From Octopus sinensis (lineage: Eukaryota): a stretch of 64,000 nucleotides of DNA. The number at the start of each line of letters is the position of its first letter. Position 1 is the first letter of the stretch. The stretch is taken from positions 8,483 through 72,482 of the forward strand of contig NW_021832576.1 of NCBI RefSeq assembly GCF_006345805.1, written 5' to 3'. A program made the position numbers and the translations under genes. The notes under the pieces are model-generated. The model was not told where the DNA came from. It worked only from the letters and a program-made list of their open reading frames with translations, and did no database searches. This document shows positions 1-12,496 of the stretch, piece after piece.

Positions 1-834
1 AATTTTATTCTTCAAATTTTTATTGGTGACACAATTTTCTGTCGTACAATATCTAACATATACTTCTGTGCTAAATTTCTACCTGTGTAATTTTACAGAC
101 ACTTAGCAGGTATTTTAGCCGTTAAGTTGAAAATCTTGAATAAAACGTCACCCTACTATCTCCATCGCACTTGTCTGGGATTCAGTATTAAGCAGCAAAT
201 GATCTGTTAATGTTATGATGAGCAAACAAATTCCTGCGTACTTGTCACTTATGCTTGGTTGCGTTTTACATAAAACGCAAGCGATAAGAGCATAAAATAG
301 TAATTAGCTGGATCTTTTCTCACACTGTATGTTTTAAAGAGACACTACAGAATTTTCTCTTCTGCAGTAGGGACCATTTCATTAGAAAATCAATATCAGC
401 GGTCTATGCTAGTTAGCATGTATAAAAACACCCTTTATACATCGTTTACAAGACTCCCATACCGACTTTATTGGCGAAATCCAGCAATCACATGCACAAA
501 TACGATTTTCAGCCACGTTTTATGTAACGACAGACATTTACCCAGTTTAATTCCTTACGTCTCTCATGCAGAAAAACCAAATGATCCAAGTGGAACTCGA
601 TAACAATAAGATATTCGATTTATTGGATTAATACCGGGATGATTTTAATTTTTCATGACGGTCTTCATTAGAACAGTTGAATACATCTGTTTATAATATA
701 TCGAGCGAGATTTAGTGTACTGTAATATATACAGACATATGCATACGTATACATACATACACACACACATATATATACATATATACAGGTATGTATATGT
801 ATGCATATATAAATGCATATATATATATATATAC

Positions 835-877
<43 letters not shown>

Positions 878-898
878 ACGAAGCGCATATATAGGTGC

Positions 899-958
<60 letters not shown>

Positions 959-1093
959 TAATGTGTAAAATTTCATTGATTTACGTTTTATTCCGGTGTC
1001 TTATGTATTACGCAATATATAAAATAAAATAGTATATACATTATGCATATAATTCTGTCTATGTGTACAATATATGCTTGTGTATAGGTATGT

Positions 1094-1157
<64 letters not shown>

Positions 1158-2101
1158 TTTGTGTGTATGTATATACATATATATATATATATACACACAT
1201 GTGTGTGTGTGTGTATACTCATATACTTACATGTGTCAGTATATGCGTGTATATATGTGTGACGAGTTTTTTTACGTTTATCTACATCATTACAAGAAAT
1301 GTCTCTCTCACTATTCCGATTCGCCTTTTTTTTTTGTCGTGTCAGTTTTTTTCACAATGTATATAACGAATATTTGACGGAAGGTTACTTTTCATGTTAA
1401 ACAGAAACAAAAAGAAAATAAAAGAATTAAATATGGAAACGAATAAATGAATAAATAAAATGCATGATCTGCATAAAAATTAGAGCAGCAAAAAAACCTC
1501 GTATGAATGTCTAAATGAATCGATCAGGAAGAAAAAACTGATGAGCTGCATGCTTCTGATTGATGATTTCAAAGTAACGAATACATTGTCATGCTTCATA
1601 CCACACCTAATCAAATATTAATATAAACCTTGTATCGCAATATATTTAGAACTATTGCCGTGGTTTAGATTTTTCCTTTGGTGTTTTTATTTTGTGAGAC
1701 AAATCTAGCCAGCTACTTTTTTCTCATATCAGTTTGATCTACAAAAATGAGTGTTCTCATTAAAAAAGTTCCGACCGTTTCATCATCAAATACTCACGCT
1801 TTTACATCTTGTCACCCTTAATCAACTTTCAATAGTTACTGATAAATTCAGCAAAAAACCTGATAAGTTCCACGTTACTACGAGATATTTCACTATTGTG
1901 TCCTTGTTTTTGATGTTATAGGACAGCAAAAATCGGCGTCAGGAATTTTTCAATAAAAAAAAACTGAAGATAATCTTGCTTCGATGTTCGTTGACTCATG
2001 GATAAGTTACTAACTTTTTCTGACAAATAAATTGGCTTTACATTCTAATGGCTTAGATAATATACCGCTCTTTTTTATTCAATATTACTATTATTATTAT
2101 T

Positions 2102-2549
2102 CAGTAGTTTTATTTTTATAGCGTGCTTTCACTTCACTACCGAGCGCAGCTCTGTGTGCCTTAGGTATGTGCTGTGATTTGTTGTGATGCTCTGATGGTT
2201 CTTGTATGGAAAGTGTTCTGCGTAGGATGTGTGCAGTGCCTAGTAGTGCAATTTTCTGTATGTTATATGTGTTTGTAAGTTCTGGTGTTTTTGTTATGTA
2301 TTTGTCTGAATATTTTTTTATCATGCCTAATGCACCTAGGAATTGTTTCTGTTTTTAGATTCCACATTCTGGCTACCTCTATTTCCAGGTCTTTGTATTT
2401 TGAAAGTTTCTCCATTTCTTTTAGAGACACGTTGTCATCAGCCGGTATTGATACATCAATTCGAAAGCATTTTTTTTCTTCATGGTCTCTGACAACTATA
2501 TCTGGTCTGTTGGCCTTAATTTCTCTATCTGTGTGTATTGGCATATCCC
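2102..2549 (-). mobile_element. 5'-truncated R4/Dong-type non-LTR retrotransposon fragment (restriction-like endonuclease domain + 3' UTR), family Dong-A
   Basis: Minus-strand translation NRPDIVVRD...IDVSIP...EKLSKYKDLEIEV..MW has the PD..D..K..KY RLE motif. It has an internal deletion relative to the copy at 5926-6683 and is flanked by (TAT)n on both sides. Confidence 0.85.
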
Positions 2550-2553
2550 GATA

Positions 2554-2608
<55 letters not shown>

Positions 2609-3154
2609 GAGTGAGAAGGCAGTGCATGCCATCAAAGTGTCTCTAGCGTAAAATATACAAAGCCCAGTATATCCATCATGACATCCGTCTGATAAGCGTA
2701 CACCAGGAACATGAATCACAACCATATGTGCGCGACCTGGTGATCTCATATCAAGATAAACAGCGCATGACTTTGAAGTTGGGGACCAGTTATAATTTTC
2801 TTCAGGTCAAGCGGCCTATCCGGCTTAGAAGGTCCCTGAGTAAGGGTCATTTAAGGATGTTGAACGAAACGGCCATGTTTCAAGAGGTGAATTATCCAAA
2901 TCCCCAAAGAATATTCCTCTCAACACATTGCTATAATGCTCCCCCGACTAATTCTGCTCGTTCTCGGAGATGCACATATCGTCAGCCACCAAAGTACAGG
3001 CTCAACAAGTTATGGTCAAACAACTACAATCAAATGTGTGGGTTGAGCAAAATATTTTCTGTCGCCCATCTTTTATACCAAGACAAAGCAATGTACATGG
3101 TAACACTCCCAATCAGTTAAGATCAGAAGACACTGCCTGGTGCTGCATCAGGGC

Positions 3155-3155
<1 letters not shown>
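2609..3155. mobile_element. ~550-bp non-coding interspersed element inserted in (TAT)n, copy 1
   Basis: Colinear along its whole length with 3823-4374 (shared CCCAGTATATCCATCATGAC ... CACTGCCTGGTRCTGCATCAGGGC). Both ends abut (TAT)n. No ORF is conserved between the copies. Confidence 0.8.
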
Positions 3156-3209
<54 letters not shown>

Positions 3210-3749
3210 TATTTCTTTCTATTATCATCATTATTTGATGAAATCTCTCCGCTTATTTTCTGGGCACGATGGAAAGAGTCCCCTTCTCACAATCAGCGAA
3301 CTAAGGTGACATTTCTTTACTAATCATGATTCAAGACACGTGCGGATTATTATAATGACTAACCTGAAAACTAAGATTCTATTAAATTTCTATCATATTT
3401 CAGTTTCATTTCAATAGAATTTTAAGAGAATCAGGTGTTATCAAGTTGACAATGTTTTAATTAATATGCGGCCAGTACCCATGAGAATAAATATATGTAG
3501 CTCCGATGCCTCGAGGTTTCCAGATATTTGGCCATAGTATTTAAGGGTGCCTTTTGATATTGTTCTCCAAACCCCGATGCTTATAGGTACATATTCTTAC
3601 TTGTCATATGTTTGAGATCTCTGTTTCAAGGTTTTCATATTTATTCAATTTTTCAAATAACCTTACAGAAGTGTTCCAGTTTGCGGGGATTGACATGCTT
3701 ATGAGGAGTCATATTTTTTGACACAATATGTAGTCCTTTGGTCTATGTA

Positions 3750-3822
<73 letters not shown>

Positions 3823-4374
3823 GAGCGAGAGAGCAGTGTATGCCATCGAAGTGACACTGGGGTAAAATATGCGAAGCCCAGTATATCCATCATGACTACC
3901 CGTCTGATAAGGGTACACTAGGCGCATGCATCACAACCATATGTGCGCGACATGATCTCATATCAAGATAAACAGCACATGGCCTTGCAGGTGGGGCCCA
4001 GTTAGAATTTTATTCTGGTCGAGTAACCCATTCCGCTCAAAAAGTCCCTGAATAAGGGTTGTTTAAGGATGCTGGACGAAACACCCATGTTTCCAGAGGT
4101 GAGTTATTCAAACCCCCAAATAATCCCTCTCAACACACGGCTATGATGCTCCCCCACTACTTCTGCTCGTGATCAGAGATGCACATATCGTCAGTCACTA
4201 AGTTACATGCTCAACTGGTTACGGTCAAACAACTGACAAGCAAATCTGTGGTATTGAGCAGAATATTTGCTGTAGCCCATCTTTTATACCAACACAAAAC
4301 AATGTACATGATGACACTTCCAATCAGTTAAGATTGGAAGCCATGAGAGCCACTGCCTGGTACTGCATCAGGGC
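3823..4374. mobile_element. ~550-bp non-coding interspersed element inserted in (TAT)n, copy 2
   Basis: Same ends and orientation as 2609-3155, flanked by (TAT)n. Confidence 0.8.
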
Positions 4375-4407
<33 letters not shown>

Positions 4408-5454
4408 TTGGTGGCAGCAAGAATTTAGGATTCTCGCAGATTACTTTTCTTGCAGGTCGATAATATCCTTCCAATATCCTTCATCATCACATATAACAGG
4501 TTAGTGATTGTACCAAATAAATTTTCTTAGATTATCATTCATTCAACCAACATCTCAAATATTAACATCTCGGCCATAATGCATATTTCACCCCTTTAAC
4601 ACGACAGGACGTGATATGCAGCGTATTTAGCTTCTATAGGCAAAATGTATATTGATCACAGAGATGCTACATTGTACGCTGGCTCCCTACGAATAGTTCT
4701 CTTTGTTACCGCCGTCATATAAAAGATATATTCGTTAGTTCGTGTCCACAGAGAGTTTTCTTCGTTCACTCATCTTCTTTGTGATTGATCTGCAGCAACA
4801 GACAATACGCCATTAGATACTTCAAGCGCCGCTGACTCCACCTTGGAATTATAGTTTATTCAAACACCAATTTTTATACCACGATAAGAACTACAAGCAC
4901 TGAATTCACCTTTTTATCGATGCCGATTCTATCTTTGTGAGTATATAACTTCAAAACGTAAAATTATAAAGAAGAGAAAGAAATATAATTCTTGAAATTA
5001 TAGCAATTGTGCAATCATAAAAGATTAATTTACTTCTGAAGTTCTACTAATTACCTTTTATCTGTACCGTTTAGAAAGTATTGTATTTTATTTTTTGTTA
5101 TACAAGTGACTATTAACTGTTACAAGTTAGGTGCAATGAAGTTAAAATTCTAACGATGAATAAAATTTATGCAAAAGTTTACTGTGGATATCTACCTCGA
5201 ATCTCAAGAGAATTTTATCAGAAACGAAAACTTATCATTGTTGCTGTTCTTCAATGAACATCAAAACAATTTCCTTGTGACATTTAGTTACGACGCTTTA
5301 CGTTCAAAGTTCAAATCTCGTCGAGATCAAGTTTTGCACTTCAACCCAAAGAGTTATCACATTTAGTACCAATCAAGTACTGAGATCTATATACTCCATT
5401 AAATACGTCCTTCTCAAACAGCTGGCGTTATCAAAATTTTAAATCATCAGTCAC

Positions 5455-5830
5455 ATGAACTGGCAGAATGGCCTGTGAGTCAGACAACATGCTTAGTGGT
5501 ATTTCTTCTGGTATTTTTTCCTAAGTTCAAATTCCACCGAATTCAATTTTGCCTTTCATACTTTCGGGGTCGATAAAATGGTGATATATGTAGTCGATTG
5601 CCATAAAAATGACACTGGGATACAAATTATTTCTTATTATTGTCATCATTATTATTGTTTTTGTTGTTACTGTTGCTGTTCCTGAGGTGGTGTATTGGTA
5701 GAATTGCTAGCACACCGGAACCGGAGTCAATAAATTAAGTACCAGTTGCGTAATGGGGTCTAACTAATCGACTGGCCCCTTCCTCAAAAATTTCAGGCCT
5801 TTTGCCTTATGCCTATAGTAAAAAGGATTA
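5455..5830 (+). mobile_element. two degenerate tRNA-derived SINE (family A) copies
   Basis: CTGGCAGAAT head, GTTCAAATTCC B-box-like motif and TTTCGGGGTCGATAAA body, shared with many copies in the window. Confidence 0.7.
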
Positions 5831-5869
5831 TTATTATTATTATCATTATTATTATTATCATCATCATCA

Positions 5870-5925
<56 letters not shown>

Positions 5926-5928
<3 letters not shown>

Positions 5929-6682
5929 TAGTTTTATTTTTTTAGCGTGCTTTCACTTCACTACCGAGCACAGCTCTGTGTGCCTTGGGTATGTGCTGTG
6001 ACTTGTTGTGATGCTCTGATCGTTATTGTATGGAAAGTGTTCTGCGTAGGATGTGTGCAGTGCCTAGTAGTGCAATTTTCTGTATGTTATATGTGTTTGT
6101 AAGTCCTGGTGTTTTTGTTATGTATTTGTCTGAATATTTTTTTATCATGCCTAATGCACCTACTATGATAGGAATTGTTTCTGTTTTCAGATTCCACATT
6201 CTAGTTACCTCTATTCCCAGGTCTTTGTATTTTGAGAGTTTCTCCATTTCTTTTAGAGACACGTTGTCATCTGCCGGTATTGATACATCAATTAGAAAGT
6301 TTTTTTCTTCATGATTTCTGACAACTATATCTGGTCTGTTGGCCTTAATTTCTCTATCTGTGTGTATCGGCATATCCCAGAGTATGGTTGCTTTCTCGTT
6401 TTCTGTGACCTTTTCTGGTGTGGCCTATACCATCTTTTTCCTGTTGTTATCCATAATGTTGGCATAGCTTCCAATGTATGTAGGTTCCAACTCTGTCATG
6501 TCTGTGAATATATTCCTTCTTAGCCAAGACTGGGCAGCTAGAGATAATATGATTTATTGTTTCTTGTCCATCTCCACATATTCTGCAGTTACTTGTAATA
6601 TTTCTTTTCATTACATGTTTTTGGTAATTTCTGGTGGGAGACTTTGGTCTTGTGCTGCAATTAAAAATCCCTCTGTTTCTGC

Positions 6683-6683
<1 letters not shown>
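5926..6683 (-). mobile_element. 5'-truncated R4/Dong-type LINE fragment (CCHC zinc knuckle + RLE + 3' UTR), family Dong-A
   Basis: Minus strand encodes ETEGFLIAAQDQSLPTRNY, CRICGDGQETINHIISSC (CCHC) and NRPDIV..IDVSIP..EKLSKY. It has the same 3' end as 2102-2549 and is embedded in (TAT)n. Confidence 0.9.
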
Positions 6684-6766
<83 letters not shown>

Positions 6767-6770
6767 TATT

Positions 6771-6930
6771 CTATGTTTGACTTTTGCTTTATATTTGTAC
6801 AAGTTGGCTCCAAGTCTCACCCAGAGACCTCAAGAGACAACAGGTTGGAAGTTCATGTTGTTGTTATGCCTAGTGTGCCATATATTTAGGGGGTGGGGAT
6901 GTTGTACTAATGAATGTCTAAAAAAAAAAG

Positions 6931-6961
<31 letters not shown>

Positions 6962-7886
6962 GAAAATTATGGTTATTTTAAACCTTGAGGTTACATAGAG
7001 AGTATTTTGCGTAGGATATGAGCAGTTCCCATGAGCACTATCTTTTGAACTTCTGCCATTTTTGGGTTTCCTGGTATCTGAGTTAGGTAGCTATCAGCCC
7101 CTTTTGCTATCATTCCCAGGCACCTATGACAACAGGTATTGTTTTAGTCTTCAGCTTCCACATTTTGCTGATTTCTACTTCAAGATCTTTATATTTGCTC
7201 AGTTTTTGGTAGGTCCTGACAGATACGTTTATATCGATTGGGACAGTCATATCAATGAGGAGGCATGTTCTTTGTTTGAAGTCTTTCAATATGATGTCTG
7301 GCCTATTTGCATCTATCTTCCTGTCAGTTTGAATGGTGAAGTTCCAGAGGAGTGAGATGTGGTCATTTTCAAGCACTGGGGGTGGTTTGTGTTCCCACCA
7401 GTTTTTTTCATGGGGCAAATCCAGTTTTTTACAGATTACCCAGTGAATAATTGTGCAGCTCTATCGTGCCTGTTGAGATACTCTGTAGGCGCTAGAAGAC
7501 TGCACTTGGAGACCACATGGTCAATGGTTTCATTTTGTTGCTTGCATACACGACACGTTGGACTGCTTCTGATCTTTAATATGTTGGCCTGGTAGTTTCT
7601 TGTTGGTAGGCATTGATCTTGAGCTGCTATGATAAACCCCTCTGTTTCAGATTTTAAGCCAGAGGCCATTAGCCATTGATGGGTCAGGGCTTTGTCGATA
7701 TCTGCATTATTCGCTCTCTTTGGGTATTTGCCATAGAGAGGTTTTTCTTGCCATTTATTATTCAGAATATCTAAGGCCGCAGTTTTGGCACGGGTTTTCA
7801 TGCGCCTAGCTTTTTCTGTGCTTGTTTCTTGTATGGCTATCTCTAATTCCGAAATTGGTTGTATTCGGAATTCACTTAGATATTCC

Positions 7887-7888
<2 letters not shown>
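6771..7888 (-). mobile_element. 5'-truncated R4/Dong-type LINE fragment, second family (Dong-B)
   Basis: ORFs 7436-7801 and 7110-7418 give ETEGFIIAAQDQCLPTRNY, CRVCKQQNETIDHVVSKC and NRPDIILKD..LIDMTVP..KLSKYKDL. The 3' UTR differs from Dong-A. Flanked by (TAT)n. Confidence 0.9.
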
Positions 7889-7956
<68 letters not shown>

Positions 7957-7958
<2 letters not shown>

Positions 7959-8172
7959 GGTGGGGAGCTGGCAGAATGGTTAACAGTTTGGACGGAATGC
8001 TTAGTGGTATTTCAACTATCGTTACGTTCTGATTTCTTCAAATTCCGAGGTCGACTTTTCCATTCATCTTTTCGGGATCGTTTCATTAGGTACCAGTGAA
8101 ACACTGCGGTCGATATAATCGACTAGTCCTTGCCCCCAACTTTCAGGCCCTGTGCCTTTAATAAAAAGGATC
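7957..8172 (+). mobile_element. tRNA-derived SINE family A
   Basis: AAGGTGGGGAGCTGGCAGAAT head, GAGGTCGACTTT and TAATCGACT motifs. Confidence 0.75.
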
Positions 8173-9117
8173 ATTGTAATTAAATCATTTCTGGTGCACA
8201 CTTTGGGCTGGAGGGATGTAGACAGTAAGGAATGAAAGGAAGCCCTTAAATTTTGGTGAAAGTTAATGATACAGGCTTGAATGCCACGTTCTCGAATCAC
8301 ACTGTAATTGCATCCACACTACCGCCATTTTATGAATTCTGCTTTTTCTTCCTTTTGTTGCGTGTCGTTATAAATTATTTTTATTATTTTCTATGGCTTA
8401 ACGTTGTGTCATTGATATTTTCGTACTTGCCTGTCTACTACTCTCTTTAAAACATTAATCGTTATTACCACCCTTAGTTTTTCATTCTATTTTTAATGCC
8501 GTAGGATATGATAAGAAATACATTGGATGGTGACCCAAGTATGCCTTTCACAGCATAGCTGTTACGTTTTTGCATAAATACCTTCGTCGACGCCCTTCTA
8601 ATGGATCGAGCAGTCATATAAGGGTTTGCTCGTTGGTTCGAAGCAGCGTAGATATTTGTAATTCACTCAGCTTGCATGTCATCAGCTGCTGTGCAGAACA
8701 GACTATGTATAATTAGGTATATATCAACAACTGAGATCTCCCATGGGGATACCTGTCTTATTTAAGCACTGAATATACTTTTGAACTATACCAATAACAT
8801 GATTACCCTATTATGTTTATTCAGTCAAATAGGGGGGAAATAATCATTCTTAAAATCTTAAATTATAAATAACTGTACTGCTGTCATATATGATTCATTT
8901 ACTTAAGTTCTTCTAATTAACTTTTATCAGTTTCCGACTGGGAAGATAAAAACTAATTTTCTCTAGAGGTTAATAAGTGCAATAATGTCTAATTTAGAAT
9001 TTTATGAGTAAATTTATTCAAAAGATTACTGCGGATATCTCTTTGGTTTTCTCAACGGACATTGTTAAGGACTACAAGAATTTATAGTTGTTGGTGTTGC
9101 TCTTTTGTTGTTTCTAG

Positions 9118-9320
9118 ATTGGCAGAATCGTTAGAGTGTCGGAATAATTGTTCCGATACTTTTATATGTTCGGATACTTTCCGTTCTGACGTCGAATACC
9201 ATCGAAATCACATATACTGTTTTTCAAGGGTCGATAAGTAAATATCAGGAAATGCTGGAGCTGATGTCATTCATTAAGTCTCTCTGCCAAAATTGAATGG
9301 CCTTCTACCAAAATTTTAAA
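9118..9320 (+). mobile_element. degenerate SINE family A
   Basis: TGGCAGAATCGTTAG head and GGGTCGATAA motif. Confidence 0.55.
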
Positions 9321-9324
9321 TAAG

Positions 9325-9690
9325 TCTCTTTTCTTCTCCTTCTTTCTCTCCTCGTTCTCCTCCTCTTCATGTTCTTCTTCTTCTTCTTCTTCTTCTTCTT
9401 CTTCTTCTTCTTCTTTTTTCTTCTTCGTTCTTCTTTTTTTTCTACGTCTTCTGCTCCTTTCAATTATTCATCTTCTCCTACTTCTTTTCCCCCTCCCTCA
9501 CCCCAGAAGTAAATTAAGAACGAAGAAGAAAAAGAAAGAGGATGACGAAGAGGAGTGGTCAAGTGGTGGATGGTGAAGGAATGGACATAATAGAAGAAAC
9601 AGGAGGAGGAGTATAAGAAGACGAGGAGGAGGAGGAAGAAGAAGAAGAAGAAGAAAACAAGAACAAGAACAACATCAACAACAACAATGG
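9325..9690. repeat. (TTC)n/pyrimidine tract followed by (GAA)n/(GAG)n purine tract
   Basis: Read directly from the sequence. Confidence 0.85.
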
Positions 9691-10855
9691 TCGAGGCTGC
9701 AACAACACTTTCAGCCCGCAGAAGTAAATGCTTTCATATCATCTTCAATCGCAGAACCGAAGAAGGATTATCTACGATCACATAAATTTTCTTTGGTCTT
9801 TTGTACTCAGTTAAATACTTTACACTTGCAAGACATAAGTAAAGACTTCTCAAAACTTCTCAACCAGTTATTTGCAGATAGTTGGTGATACTGTGGAGAT
9901 GTGGAGATGGACACACAAATAAAATAATTCATAAAAGGAAAAGACAGCTTAAATTTCTTTCTTTACTGAAGAGTTTCGCTTTTAAATCGCTATCAATAAC
10001 TTCGCTGATAGGGAGATATCCTTTCAAATCAGATCCAAATAATTTGTATACGTAACTGCATTTTGATACAATGTGTTGACTACATGCGACGTTTTCATTG
10101 AAAGAGATTACTTAAGACTACGTATACTGGTTGTATCCAGAGAGAATATTATGGTATTTAGTATAGTTTGGAAAACTTACGGCATGTTAATGATATATTA
10201 GACAGAATATTCTAGAATTAATGTCGCTTGTTTGTAACAATTAAATTAAGTATATAGTATCTAGGGTAAAAAAACGATTACCATCCATTAGTGTCATATT
10301 ACGTCAGAGTTTGGAGTGAAAGAGGAACATGGGAGAAACTACTGAACGAGCTGAGCATGAGAGAGAGAGAGAGAGATGAAGAAAGAATGGGAGAGAGAGT
10401 GAGAAAGACAGAAAGACAGAAAGACAGAAGAATTTGAGAATCCCCTTATATTCTGCTACCTTACATATTGAATGAAAGTTGTTGTATTCAACCACTTTTA
10501 TCATGTATGTTATATTGCAGACGTGGACAGTTATATACGCAATGTGATGTGGGAAACTAAGCGTAATATTCGATATAATTAATAATGATTTCTTTCCTGA
10601 GGATAAGGAAAACAGTTAAAGATGTGAAGTGCTGTCGATTGGTTCAAATCCGATATAACAATGGAAACATGTTTAGCGAACCCAAGAGTATAAAAATACT
10701 AAAAACATCAGAATTTGATCTCGTAAATTCGAAGGATGTAAATGAATGACCGGTAGTACATCGTCTAGTTACTTTAAGCCTCGATCATTTTACTGTTTTA
10801 TCTTAAAGAGTATACAACTTTTTGTGGTTTAACAATTTAGGAGATAACTACATTA

Positions 10856-11107
10856 TAGTCTTGCCCAAAAGTTAGGAGTATTTTTTTCAAAATTAAAATT
10901 GTGCCCAAGTATAATTCGATTCAAATATAAACAAGCTAGAGATATACTTACCTAATAGGTGATCAAGTGGTTCACAATCTAGAAGAAAAATAAGGAAAAT
11001 CAAAAATATAGTTGTAGACTAAATTGCTTACTTTTAATATTTCTGTGGGCATTTAATATAAAAATTCTAATTTTCAGGCCTATGTTCCGAACTCTTGGCC
11101 ACGACTG
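10856..11107. mobile_element. Tc1-like MITE
   Basis: Imperfect TIRs TAGTCTTGCCCAAAAGTTAGGA / reverse complement CAGTCGTGGCCAAGAGTTCGGA, with TA on both flanks. Confidence 0.7.
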
Positions 11108-11276
11108 TATATACAACATAAATTAGACACAGTATTAATGGAAACAAGGTGGGATGGCCTGGTCCCGTTTGGAAAAGTTGCTATCATCAATCATTGCTGA
11201 AGTAGAGATCATGACTGAGATTAATGGTTGACAATCTTGGCTGACGTATAGTTAATAAACAGCCGCAATTGTCCAA

Positions 11277-11500
11277 CCCTTTCGACACCAACCCGCCTGA
11301 AACTACCTCTGGCTCTGTAGTACAAATGTCTTGTTTTCATATCTTCTGAATGAAAATTTTCCACCAAACCTAAGTCACAATTTCTGTTCCTAATACAAGC
11401 TGAATGATAACTAAGTTATTTTATACTAAATTCTTTGTTATATTTAAAATTAATTGACAGGAACACAAAGCATCTCAAAATAAATACAGTAACGAAAGGG
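11277..11500. mobile_element. piggyBac-like MITE
   Basis: TIRs CCCTTTCGACAC / GTAACGAAAGGG. The right flank is TTAA and the left flank a degenerate CCAA. Confidence 0.65.
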
Positions 11501-12278
11501 TTAATTCCACCTTAGACTCTAAGATGTTTGCCTCAGCGTTCCTACTCTAAAATCGGTTCTGTAGTATTGACTCTGTATCGTTGTAATAACATGAGAATCG
11601 GATGTTGTTATACATCGATGGTCACGATGAGCATCCTCTCATTGCTGTAACTTTCGAATGAAGCTACACTACTGACTGGGTGGGAAGAGTTATAACGAAT
11701 AAGTGACCGACAAGAATTACAGCATTCTCCTCGATCAGCATGGCAGTCCGTCGATTTACGGCTGAGTGAACAGGAGCAAAGGAAAGTGTTTTGCTGAAGG
11801 AAAAAGAACGCATGTCTCATTTATCGAATCGAAACTGCGAACTTGCGACAGGCCAAGAGACCTTGTTTTGTACTACAGGGTTAAAACTTGTTCTACCTTT
11901 GGTTCAAAATTACATATTTTGATGGGACTACGGCCTTGTAGATTATCATATCAGCCCGAAAATTTTACTAGTACATTCTTTATCAACTTCAGAAGGATGA
12001 AGAACAAAGTATACATGACTAGGATTTGAGCAGAGATCGTTAAGTATCGGAACTAGTTACAGTGTGTTGGTTCGCCTGACACTCTGGTAAAAAACACGAT
12101 CAATATGGGGTATGTATATATTGATTTCTAAATCTATTACTAAGAAAATATATATTATAATATTTTATATAGATACACTTAGGACAATTTTCTCTCCAAT
12201 AAACTTTTACGACTTCATGCATTGCAGAACATTTTCTTAATTAAAATCTAATTCCATGGCTTCATTATTTCATATGGT

Positions 12279-12367
<89 letters not shown>

Positions 12368-12451
12368 TATTAGAGACAAAACACTTATTTGCAAAACAAA
12401 CAAGGAAGACTTAATCATACATAAATTTTAATAAATAGTAAAAAAAAACCG

Positions 12452-12496
12452 CCAACTACAATTGTTTCTTGTCTTGATCGACCAATCTTCAGGTGG
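12452..12496 (-). ncRNA. type I hammerhead ribozyme (inverted copy, two 1-nt insertions)
   Basis: Reverse complement of 15574-15616 with small indels. Confidence 0.6.

Noticed and set aside
988-1377. ORFs rich in YI/CV/HT dipeptides (also at 16232, 21493-22060, 40539-41062, 58486, 59199-59993, 61489-62082)
   Set aside because: They are translations of (TA)n, (TG)n and (CA)n microsatellites with no coding signal.
1538-1575. CTGATGAGCTGCATGC hammerhead-like start
   Set aside because: No GAAA or helix III/I follows.
4330-4374. HDV-like ribozyme at the end of the 550-bp TAA element
   Set aside because: I could see one hairpin but could not build the nested double pseudoknot by eye, so it is left as a test, not a call.
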